From the IMG/VR virus record IMGVR_UViG_3300017747_004058: a stretch of DNA of 20,000 bases; one strand, written 5' to 3'. Of this stretch, positions 8,734 to 15,790 are shown piece after piece. The stretch comes from an uncultured virus (IMG/VR IMGVR_UViG_3300017747_004058) (taxonomy: Duplodnaviria; Heunggongvirae; Uroviricota; Caudoviricetes). Position 1 is the first letter of the stretch. Every line of letters starts with the position of its first letter. The notes under the pieces were generated by a model. The model made no database searches. It saw nothing but the letters and a program-made list of their open reading frames with translations, and had not been told where the DNA came from. A program made the position numbers and the translations under genes.

Positions 8734-9623
8734 TCAGCCTCGTTTCTCATTCCGGCCGCATGCAAATACTTATCCAGCCAAGATAACCCGCCGGCACCAG
8801 CATTGCGCATGGCCAAGTACTCCAGCACTCTTGCCGCCCGCCGTTCATTATGTGCGGCAAAGCTCAGCGCCGCCCACCATTGCCACTTGCACGGCACGCA
8901 CAGCACATGATTAGGCCCCAAATACTCCTTAACCTTAATGAACCGGGGCTTATCGCTGGGCCGCAGCCGATACATGAAAATGTCCCCAGGTGCAAGGAGC
9001 ACTTCCGCAGCCAGCATTGCGCCTACCCAGGGGGTAGCGTGCGTGATGGGCTCGCTGACGGGCCGCACTAGCACCTTAAGCTCCCCATAGGCATACAGAC
9101 TCTCCAGGCCCATGGGCGGGGCATACAGGTGCAGAGTGCCGGCTGCCTTATGCTGTTCGTAAGTACTCGGCGCTGGAAGCTTGGGGAGCTTAGCAGGAAC
9201 ATAGGTACTTGGTTGCTGTTTACCCCCAGCTTTCTCCAATGCGTCCTCTAGCGATTGCTTAGACGGTCGCCAAGAGAAGTCACCAGCGGGCACACTCAAT
9301 GGTTCGGGCGCATGAACCGCTAACCAGTCCTTATACTCCTGGTCCATAACTTCCTCTTCGCTCGGCGCATGAGTAAATATATGATCAACGAGTCTCTGCT
9401 CGGTCTCCTGGTAATTAAACAGGGGACTCATGACCACGAGCATTTCGTATCGGGCTGCCGCTGGAACCGCACTTACGCCCTTGATTCGCTGGGCAAGTTC
9501 AATGATCGGCCGGGTGAGCAAGAAGTTCGCCCGTACAATGAAGTGCGTACTCTCGTGTTCGTCGCGCTCCAGGGCGATCTTGATCCAGGGCTTGTTGGGG
9601 GAGTTAAACTCTTTCACGGGCAT
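8730..9623 (-). CDS. Hypothetical protein (297 aa)
   Basis: Long ORF with AAGGA RBS; Pro-rich central linker; no motif recognised. Confidence 0.75.
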   Translation of the reverse strand: MPVKEFNSPNKPWIKIALERDEHESTHFIVRANFLLTRPIIELAQRIKGVSAVPAAARYEMLVVMSPLFNYQETEQRLVDHIFTHAPSEEEVMDQEYKDWLAVHAPEPLSVPAGDFSWRPSKQSLEDALEKAGGKQQPSTYVPAKLPKLPAPSTYEQHKAAGTLHLYAPPMGLESLYAYGELKVLVRPVSEPITHATPWVGAMLAAEVLLAPGDIFMYRLRPSDKPRFIKVKEYLGPNHVLCVPCKWQWWAALSFAAHNERRAARVLEYLAMRNAGAGGLSWLDKYLHAAGMRNEAE

Positions 9624-9669
9624 GTCCTTTGTTCCTTAATCTTCTCTAGTCCGGTAACGGCCTGAGCCT

Positions 9670-9879
9670 TCAACTATACTTTGCCAGTTGCGCTTCTAAT
9701 GTCGTGAACTGAAAGGCCAGTGTTCCAGCCCACAAGTACTTGGAATAAGTACCTGTCGAAGGGAAAGGATCACCCACTGGATAGTGAGTGATCCGAACGC
9801 CGCATTGATCTACTGCCGAGAACGGGCCTTTAGCGTTTCGTCGCAGACGAACCTCTTCAGTTGGACGAAGTAGCAACAT
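9670..9879 (-). CDS. Hypothetical protein (69 aa)
   Basis: Starts directly after the upstream stop. Confidence 0.55.
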   Translation of the reverse strand: MLLLRPTEEVRLRRNAKGPFSAVDQCGVRITHYPVGDPFPSTGTYSKYLWAGTLAFQFTTLEAQLAKYS

Positions 9880-10194
9880 CTACTGCGGACCCCCGGCACA
9901 TGGGAACGTGCCCAGACTTTCCTTGGCTTGCTCCTGGTTCTGCTCCTTTGCCTGCTCCTCCGGCGCATTAATATACGCCATGATCGCAGCGTGGTTATGC
10001 TTAATGCCCAACTCCTTGGTCGTCGCACGCATCGCCGGACCGGTTATGTCTACCCGCTTGCCTTCGGCCAGGGAGTTAACAATCAGTGTAGCCACCACGG
10101 GCGCGCGATCTGGGGACCAGTTATACTCGCCGGCTTGCGCGTAATTGGTTAGGTGCTTTTCGTACACCATGTGAAGCTTTTTAAGATTAGACAT
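9880..10194 (-). CDS. Hypothetical protein (104 aa)
   Basis: GGGAG RBS; operon packing. Confidence 0.7.
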   Translation of the reverse strand: MSNLKKLHMVYEKHLTNYAQAGEYNWSPDRAPVVATLIVNSLAEGKRVDITGPAMRATTKELGIKHNHAAIMAYINAPEEQAKEQNQEQAKESLGTFPCAGGPQ

Positions 10195-10204
10195 TGAGTC
10201 TCCC

Positions 10205-10429
10205 TTAGATCCCTTTCAGTGCTTTTTCCAGCAACCCCTTGGCCACGCGTACCAAGTCCTTGGCGGCGTCTTCCCGGTCCTTAAAGTGCGCACCCTTATA
10301 GACCGCATACCCAGGCATGCCGGTTTTATACCCGCGGCTCCCGTCCCAGGAAATGCTCAGCGCCATCCAGCCGCCCAAACGCTCTTTCCAGACTTGTCCG
10401 GCCATGGTGTGCTCGGTGATTTTGCTCAT
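10205..10429 (-). CDS. Hypothetical protein (74 aa)
   Basis: AAGGAG RBS; ATGA overlap. Confidence 0.7.
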   Translation of the reverse strand: MSKITEHTMAGQVWKERLGGWMALSISWDGSRGYKTGMPGYAVYKGAHFKDREDAAKDLVRVAKGLLEKALKGI

Positions 10430-10755
10430 CGCAATCCCATCTCCTTTGCTCGTGCGGTCAATTGCTCATCAGTGGGTCCAATGCGCTGCCGCACGTTCTC
10501 GTCTAGCTTAATCGCTATGCCCACCATGGTGTGCATGTCATCCTGGTGCGGCATCCCGCGATCCAGCACGGCCCCATGAAATGCCTTGAACCCTTCATAG
10601 TCATCGAACAACAGGTTCACACGGCCGTACTTAAGCCCCCGAGCCGTCCTGAGATCCCCGATATTCTTATGGTGCTTAATCTCTTTGGAGAGCAGTTCAG
10701 CTTCAGCCTTGGTGATCTGGATGCTTGTGAATAACGCGCTTGATGTGCTCGGCAT
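10426..10755 (-). CDS. Hypothetical protein (109 aa), first gene of the replication block, probably leaderless
   Basis: No SD; ATG is 6 nt after a TATATT -10 box. Confidence 0.7.
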   Translation of the reverse strand: MPSTSSALFTSIQITKAEAELLSKEIKHHKNIGDLRTARGLKYGRVNLLFDDYEGFKAFHGAVLDRGMPHQDDMHTMVGIAIKLDENVRQRIGPTDEQLTARAKEMGLR

Positions 10756-10792
10756 AGGTTTAATATAAACCTAAACACCCTCCCCGTGTCAA
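10755..10792 (-). promoter_or_regulatory. Sigma70-type promoter overlapped by operator family A, copy 2 (perfect dyad 10755-10773)
   Basis: Minus strand TTGACA-N19-TATATT-AAACCT-ATG with an AT-rich upstream tract; plus strand TAGGTTTA-ATA-TAAACCTA. Confidence 0.65.
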
Positions 10793-11140
10793 GCGAAATC
10801 GCAAAATAAATTTCCCCTTGGGCGGACTCCATGCACTCAAAGTAAACCTAAAGAGTCTTTCCCGGCCTCCCAGCGCCTCATTCTCCTCTCTTCCCGGCCC
10901 ACCCAAACCACGCCAAAACACCCCCCTGCACTCTAACCCGGTTAGCGTTCAACCCCCCAAAAACGGCAGGTTTCAATTGCCGGATTATTATAAACACTTA
11001 AATCACGCGGCACCCGAAAACATCATATTCATTGGAGTTTTGCCAAATTTCCAGCACCCCAAATCTTAAGCTTTTTTCATGTTTAGAGATTTTTTTCCTA
11101 GCAAAACTCCAAAACAAAGGACTTATTCTTTGCTCTTTAA

Positions 11141-11251
11141 TATTGGTATTCCTTGCACATATGTAGGCCCCCCATTAAGGGAAGCTGGGATTTTGCCCCT
11201 AACCATGCTCCACCCCCTGTGACCCCTACATATGTGGAAGGAATCCCGATA
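11141..11251. repeat. 27-bp imperfect inverted repeat with 57-bp spacer in an AT-rich non-coding region
   Basis: TATTGGTATTCCTTGCACATATGTAGG (11141-11167) versus CCTACATATGTGGAAGGAATCCCGATA (11225-11251), 24/27 complementary. Each arm contains the palindrome ACATATGT. Confidence 0.85.
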
Positions 11252-11355
11252 CTTAAATTTCCCACATTTTATTGCTCGAAATCGCAATCACCGTCCTGAA
11301 ACCTTGTATTTTGCGTGCACTGCCTGGAACTATCTCATTGATTCCATTAGTAGGC

Positions 11356-11384
11356 TGGTCTTTTTTGCTAAACTCTGGTATACT
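11356..11384 (+). promoter_or_regulatory. Extended -10 promoter for the ORF at 11440
   Basis: TGGTATACT at 11376-11384; weak -35 (TGGTCT) at 17-nt spacing. Confidence 0.5.
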
Positions 11385-11439
11385 AATTCAGGTATTGAAA
11401 CCTAGCCGATCTGGCAAATAAATATGCAAAGGACTGAAA

Positions 11440-11955
11440 ATGAAAGACTTACAAGTAAACCTAAGAACTTGGGAATTCATCGAGCCGGCCAAGCGCAAAA
11501 AGCTCAAAGTCGGCCGAGTGGTGAACCAGTACCAACTTTTGGAAATCATGAAAGAAGCCAAGGACCCGCAGTTCGTGAATCCGCGTTCGCCTTCGAGCGT
11601 GTTTGCAACCGGAAAGCTGCGAGTGCGGTGTCTTTTGTGCGGCAAGGAGCGCATGATCCCGCGATGCAAGTTCATGCCCACGAATCCTGGCCAGTCCTAC
11701 TATGCGTGCTGCCAGCGCCGGCCGCGCAAAGATCCCAACAAGCTCATGGGCCGGCCGCTGAGCATTGGCGTGATTGGCAAGCAGTTCGGCTCACTTCGGG
11801 CGGTCACCTGGGAGCCCAAAGTTGGCTGGGAGTGTGAATGCGTTTGTGGGCGTGTTTGCAAAGGGATTAAAACTTTCCGGCTGACCCGCGGGCTGGTGCG
11901 CTGTCCTGAGTGCGGGGCCGGGTCGGGTCCGGGCGCGGAGGGGGTGATGCCCTAG
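11440..11955 (+). CDS. Cys-rich protein with two zinc-binding modules of the type found in phage HNH/AP2 proteins
   Basis: IGKQFGSLRAV..WECECVCG..L.RG..CPEC plus a degenerate N-terminal copy (VGRVVNQYQLL..VRCLLCG..ACC). AAGGA RBS; no HNH motif seen. Confidence 0.7.
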   Translation: MKDLQVNLRTWEFIEPAKRKKLKVGRVVNQYQLLEIMKEAKDPQFVNPRSPSSVFATGKLRVRCLLCGKERMIPRCKFMPTNPGQSYYACCQRRPRKDPNKLMGRPLSIGVIGKQFGSLRAVTWEPKVGWECECVCGRVCKGIKTFRLTRGLVRCPECGAGSGPGAEGVMP

Positions 11956-12117
11956 TGTGCGTATCGGCCGGCCGCTTCGCCTTTTGTTCGCCCTGGTGCT
12001 GGGGTGTAGGGCGTCTGGGGGTGTTTTGGCGTTGGGTGTGTACGCGTAGAATGGCCCACAGTGAAGCGCTAATAGGTCTAGAAACTGCCGGTGGGAATTT
12101 CTGGGGCTAGTGGGCGC

Positions 12118-12153
12118 AAAAAATACCGGGCGCCTTATAGGGGCTGCCCGGTA
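12118..12153 (-). terminator. Rho-independent terminator of the leftward small-gene operon
   Basis: Minus strand TACCGGGC...GCCCGGTA stem followed by TTTTTT. Confidence 0.8.
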
Positions 12154-12196
12154 GGGGTTTTAGGGATTGGTTTTGGTGGGCTGGGCCTGGGGTGTT

Positions 12197-12568
12197 TTAC
12201 TCGTCGTCGTCTTGGTCCCAATTGGCCCATTGGATAGCGCTGCCGCGTCGGCTGAACCATATGTCTACATGCGATATCCGGTCAAAGCATACTGGGTGCT
12301 GGCTAATCGTGCGAGCTAACCTGCGGGCGCGGTGTTCGTCTCGGGTGCGGTCGTACGCGATTACCTCCAGGGCACCGTTTATGCGTTCGTCGCAGTCTCG
12401 ACATTGAAACGCTATTAGGCCAGCTCTTAGGGCGTCGTTCTTGCTCTGGAATCCCATGTTTAGCGCGTGGTGGGTATGGTGCTGTCCTGGGGGCGTGAAG
12501 ATTATGCGGCCATTGCGGGTCATGAATCCACATAGGTATTCCGGGGGATAAAAGGTTTTTAGCGTCAT
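12197..12568 (-). CDS. Hypothetical protein (123 aa)
   Basis: Last ORF before the terminator; His cluster and a CxxC. Confidence 0.65.
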   Translation of the reverse strand: MTLKTFYPPEYLCGFMTRNGRIIFTPPGQHHTHHALNMGFQSKNDALRAGLIAFQCRDCDERINGALEVIAYDRTRDEHRARRLARTISQHPVCFDRISHVDIWFSRRGSAIQWANWDQDDDE

Positions 12569-12574
12569 GGGGAC

Positions 12575-12778
12575 CTAGGGGCGGACTGCTTTCCAGTCGG
12601 TGTGGTGCTTTTCCCGCTGGTCTTGGAGCTGTATAGTTTTCAGCATGGCGGCGCGGCTGGGGAATTCCTTAAAGGTGACGTCAAAATTTAGGCCGCTGTT
12701 TTCTCGGCGTGCGGTGCGGTCTGGGTGCCTGGGTGTGTGGGTTTGAGCTGCTGCGAAACTGAGGGTGTAGGTTTCCAT
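12575..12778 (-). CDS. Hypothetical protein (67 aa)
   Basis: Start reassigned to ATG 12778 (METYTL...) with SD AGGAG at 12795-12791. The track's GTG start lies inside the ribozyme. Confidence 0.65.
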   Translation of the reverse strand: METYTLSFAAAQTHTPRHPDRTARRENSGLNFDVTFKEFPSRAAMLKTIQLQDQREKHHTDWKAVRP

Positions 12779-12797
12779 GGGGTGCGGGTTCTCCTGA

Positions 12798-12863
12798 TAC
12801 CGCGACACCCAAAGAGTGTTTAACTTCTTGGGTGTTTCGTCCTAACGGACTCGTCAGGCGGTA
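12798..12863 (-). ncRNA. Type I hammerhead ribozyme
   Basis: UACCGC-CUGACGA-GUCC(GUUA)GGAC-GAAA-CACCCAA(GAAGUUAAACACUCU)UUGGGUG-UC^GCGGUA. All core nucleotides present, stems I/II/III pair, GUC triplet. Predicted cut between 12804 and 12803. Confidence 0.95.
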
Positions 12864-13129
12864 GGGGTGGGGGCGGGTTCCTGGCTGGGTTTGTCGTCTT
12901 CCTGATCCTGCTCAATTAACGGGTCTGGGTCGTCGGGTTCGTCTTCCTCTCCGTTTTGGCCGTCTTGTTCTAGCAGGTCTTTTACGGTCATGCCTTCTAG
13001 GTCTTGGTTTCCATCGACGTCGAAACCTAACAGGCGTTCCAGGTCACTTAAGCTGTCCCAATACGTGTGTTGGAATTGGGCGCATAGGTCTAACTGCTTT
13101 TGGGCGTCGGCGCGTTCTTGGGTGGTCAT
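12854..13129 (-). CDS. Highly acidic small protein (91 aa)
   Basis: Start reassigned to ATG 13129 (MTTQER...), AAGGAG RBS, ATGA overlap. About 26 D/E versus 5 K/R. Confidence 0.75.
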   Translation of the reverse strand: MTTQERADAQKQLDLCAQFQHTYWDSLSDLERLLGFDVDGNQDLEGMTVKDLLEQDGQNGEEDEPDDPDPLIEQDQEDDKPSQEPAPTPTA

Positions 13130-13545
13130 GGTTTGGTATTCTCCTTGGGGGTTGGGTTGTTTGGGTTGTTTGGGTTGGTTGGGGGGTTCGTGGCCTTGGG
13201 GTATAGGTCCGCCGGAGCTGGTCCCAACATGCCTAGCACTTGCTGGGCGATCTCGGCTAGTTCGGGCGTCATGTGTTCTAGTGCTTCCCGAACTAAATAT
13301 TCCAACTGGTTCGCGTGGGCGAATAGCACTGCATTCCGCGCGTAATAGGGATCGCGTTTCCGGGTTCCTGGGTCGGTTAGGTACACCATGGCAAGCGCTG
13401 CCCACGTTCCAGGGCGTAACAGGCGTGCGGGACTGGTTTCGTTGCTGAGCGTTAATGGTGCGGGCATGCCTAGCGCGTGCCAATAGTCGCGTGTGCGTTG
13501 TTCTTCTTCGCTCAATGGGCACGGTGGGTCTGGTTGGCGTGGCAT
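13126..13545 (-). CDS. Hypothetical protein (139 aa) with N/P-rich tail
   Basis: Operon packing; AGGA upstream. Confidence 0.65.
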   Translation of the reverse strand: MPRQPDPPCPLSEEEQRTRDYWHALGMPAPLTLSNETSPARLLRPGTWAALAMVYLTDPGTRKRDPYYARNAVLFAHANQLEYLVREALEHMTPELAEIAQQVLGMLGPAPADLYPKATNPPTNPNNPNNPTPKENTKP

Positions 13546-13548
13546 GGG

Positions 13549-13761
13549 TTATAGGTTCCTTGTGATGACTGCTTGCTTGTATTCCTTGGCGCGTTTGCCC
13601 TGCATGGGAATAAAGCAACAATCTATAGCCCGGTCGGCGATGTAGCGGCGGAGTTCGTGACCGTCCCATTGTTCGGGCATGTCTGGGACCTTGGCGAGAA
13701 TATCTCGCTTAAGGGTGGTCATTAGTTCGTTAATAAATCGGCGCTTTTCTTGCTGGGTCAT
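13549..13761 (-). CDS. Hypothetical protein (70 aa)
   Basis: TAATG coupling with the upstream gene. Confidence 0.7.
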   Translation of the reverse strand: MTQQEKRRFINELMTTLKRDILAKVPDMPEQWDGHELRRYIADRAIDCCFIPMQGKRAKEYKQAVITRNL

Positions 13762-14060
13762 TAGCCTACCCTCATGGCGCGCTTAAGGATTTCCAGGGCG
13801 GCGCGGGCTTTGGTCATGCTGGCGTCAACCTTGGCGCGGTAGGCTTCCCATTCTTCCACGCCTCCTAGGTCTTCGGGGGCGTGGGGGTCGTCCTGGTAGT
13901 TGTCCCAGTCGTCGCGGGCGCGATTATAGGCGTCTTGTAATGCTTCCATATGCTGGGGGGTAAGCTTAGCGGCCCATAGGCTGCGGGCTTTGGTATCTGG
14001 TTTGGGGGGCTTGGGCGTCTTGGGTGCCTTGGCCTTGCTGGTCTTCTTGGGTGCTGTCAC
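13761..14060 (-). CDS. Hypothetical protein (99 aa) with K/P-rich N-terminus
   Basis: GTG start with TAAGGAG RBS. Confidence 0.75.
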   Translation of the reverse strand: MTAPKKTSKAKAPKTPKPPKPDTKARSLWAAKLTPQHMEALQDAYNRARDDWDNYQDDPHAPEDLGGVEEWEAYRAKVDASMTKARAALEILKRAMRVG

Positions 14061-14107
14061 TGGGTTCTCCTTAAAGGGTCTTTACTGGGGTCTTTAACTG
14101 CTGGGTA

Positions 14108-14176
14108 CTGCTCGCTTCCTGGGATGGCGCGGGGATATGCGGGGCGAACCTACGCGCCATCCTGGGAAGCTAGCAG
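14108..14176 (-). other. Intergenic long hairpin H1 (candidate RNA processing site)
   Basis: CUGCUAGCUUCCCAGGAUGGCGCG...CGCGCCAUCCCAGGAAGCGAGCAG; about 24-bp stem with a CA/CA internal loop. Confidence 0.75.
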
Positions 14177-14178
14177 GG

Positions 14179-15150
14179 CTAGCAGCTAGCGGGGTCGGCG
14201 GTGGGGTCTGGCTCGGGCTCGTGCGCGGGCATGCTGGCCAGTTGTTCGCGTAGCCAGTTAACCTCGCTCATGGGGATGTGATGGCACCCAATAACTACCT
14301 TTTCGGGCGTAACGGCTAGCAGGTCATAGATGCCGATCTTCTCGCCCGTACGCTCGCCTGTTTGGCCCTGGGCGTTCAGGCGGTCCAATAGGCGCAAACC
14401 ACGGGTAACGGTTTTTAGGTCCATCATTACTCCCCAACTGGTTAACACGCAGTCTCTTGAATTGCCGATACGCAAAACTACGGGGTACCAATGCGCGCGT
14501 TCGGGTAGGTGGGCTTCTCCGCGTTTCCATGCTTGGAGCTGGGCTATAGCCTTGTGCATGTATTCCTGGTTTTCGGCCATTGCACGTAATCGAGCGGCTT
14601 CCCGAATCTGGCTAGCCTGGGCGCGGTCGCGCGCGCGTAATTGGGCTAGCTGTTCATCGTTCACGCATGCGCGTGCTTTGATCTCCTCCACCTGTTCCGG
14701 GGTGCCGAATGCTTCACAGTACCTGACGGCGCTGGTGATAGCCTTCTCTAGTTCTCGTTGTGCCTTGGCAATGCTGGGGCGTCGTTTGGGGGCGTCGGCT
14801 AGCGTGTGCTGAGCGCTGATGACATCCTCGCGCAGACTGGCGATGTTTTGCTCATGGGCGCCTGTCGCTAGCAGGGGCCACGGGGCATAGAACACGGGGA
14901 CATTACCGGGAATGGCCATACGTACTAAATGCAGGTGCTTAGCCGTAGTGTTGCCATACGTGCGCGTGGTCATAATCACGCAATCTTCGCCCTGATTGGT
15001 CCTGGCATGGCTGGCTATGGGGAAGTGGCTCCCATAGCTGTAAATGGTGCCGTCTCGGAAGTAAAAATTGTTCTGGGCGTTGCGGGCGTGGTCTTGCTCC
15101 CTGTGCATCCATAAATGGGCAATCTGGCGAGTGTCGTGAACGTATTTCAT
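14179..15150 (-). CDS. Phage hypothetical protein (323 aa)
   Basis: AAGGAG RBS. IYSYGSHFPIA, YGNTTAKH and IGCHHIP resemble, from memory, a recurrent uncharacterised phage family. Confidence 0.8.
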   Translation of the reverse strand: MKYVHDTRQIAHLWMHREQDHARNAQNNFYFRDGTIYSYGSHFPIASHARTNQGEDCVIMTTRTYGNTTAKHLHLVRMAIPGNVPVFYAPWPLLATGAHEQNIASLREDVISAQHTLADAPKRRPSIAKAQRELEKAITSAVRYCEAFGTPEQVEEIKARACVNDEQLAQLRARDRAQASQIREAARLRAMAENQEYMHKAIAQLQAWKRGEAHLPERAHWYPVVLRIGNSRDCVLTSWGVMMDLKTVTRGLRLLDRLNAQGQTGERTGEKIGIYDLLAVTPEKVVIGCHHIPMSEVNWLREQLASMPAHEPEPDPTADPASC

Positions 15151-15172
15151 GCGATGGTCTCCTTTGGGGGTT

Positions 15173-15403
15173 CTACTGGTCTTGGTCGTTGTCCTGGTCG
15201 GTCCTGGGGTCGTCGGGGTCTGGTCCTAGTTCTGGCCAGAGCTGGGCGCGGACTGCTTTCAGCGCGTTCCATACTGAGCTGTTCTCGGTTCCTGCATCGA
15301 CTGCATAGGCGTGCAAGTGCTCATACATGCTCGCCATAATGGTGCGCGTCTTAGCCTTGTCCTGGGGGTCTATGATGTGTCCGCAGTTAATGCAAACGTT
15401 CAT
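15173..15403 (-). CDS. Hypothetical protein (76 aa) with CxxC and acidic tail
   Basis: Start reassigned to ATG 15403; its AAGGAG RBS lies in the 3' arm of hairpin H2. Confidence 0.7.
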   Translation of the reverse strand: MNVCINCGHIIDPQDKAKTRTIMASMYEHLHAYAVDAGTENSSVWNALKAVRAQLWPELGPDPDDPRTDQDNDQDQ

Positions 15404-15408
15404 GGGTG

Positions 15409-15473
15409 CTGCTCCTTTTCCTGGGTGGTCGAACAATGCCTAAACACTGCTCGGCCACCTGGGAAACTAGCAG
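15409..15473 (-). other. Intergenic long hairpin H2, related to H1
   Basis: CUGCUAGUUUCCCAGGUGGCCGAGCAGUG(UUUAGG)CAUUGUUCGACCACCCAGGAAAAGGAGCAG; same base and CA/CA loop as H1, different upper stem. Confidence 0.75.
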
Positions 15474-15652
15474 CGGGTACTAAACCCCAATGGCATTCCA
15501 ACCGGCAAGCGCAAACCGGCCCCTGCACAAAGGCGCTTAAGCTCCTCCATGCGGGCGCTAAATGGCATGTCGCCAAAGTAGGCTTGCTCCTGGGCGCGCT
15601 GATGATCGCGGTTCCGCGCTGACTGTTCAATGCTGGTCAGTTGGTAATTCAT
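15467..15652 (-). CDS. Hypothetical protein (61 aa)
   Basis: GAAGGA RBS; stop codon inside the base of H2. Confidence 0.6.
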   Translation of the reverse strand: MNYQLTSIEQSARNRDHQRAQEQAYFGDMPFSARMEELKRLCAGAGLRLPVGMPLGFSTRC

Positions 15653-15724
15653 AGGTCTATGTCCTTCTGGGCCGCGATAGTTTCACGGATTAGGCTGCGG
15701 CAAGTGTCCGTCCGTGTGAGCTGC

Positions 15725-15790
15725 ACTAGGCTAAACTCTCGGGGCGCTGGGGGGTGTAGAGCCTCCAGCGTCCTAAGTGGCTGGCCTAGT
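15725..15790 (-). other. Intergenic long imperfect hairpin H3
   Basis: ACUAGGCCA...AGGACGCUGGAGG(CUCUACAC)CCCCCAGCGCCCC...UAGCCUAGU; starts at the upstream stop. A second stem CACGGA/UCCGUG follows at 15684-15716. Confidence 0.6.

Noticed and set aside
13130..13669. N-terminal extension of track ORF 12854-13669
   Set aside because: Overlaps two better ORFs; the real start is ATG 13129 with an AAGGAG RBS.
14816..14850. Plus-strand CTGATGA followed by a CATC/GATG stem as a second hammerhead
   Set aside because: No GAAA after the stem, and it is antisense within a CDS.
14108..15473. H1/H2 as intrinsic terminators or as plus-strand ssDNA hairpins
   Set aside because: No U-tracts. The CA/CA loop reads as G-T pairs on plus, but the upper stem of H2 (GCAGUG/CAUUGU) pairs fully only on the mRNA strand. 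A DNA-level role is not fully excluded.
15655..15790. Assignment to hatchet (UAGUGCAG), twister (UCCUAAG), HDV-like (CUAA) or hammerhead (GAAAC) classes
   Set aside because: Only isolated short matches; the required cores and pseudoknots cannot be built.
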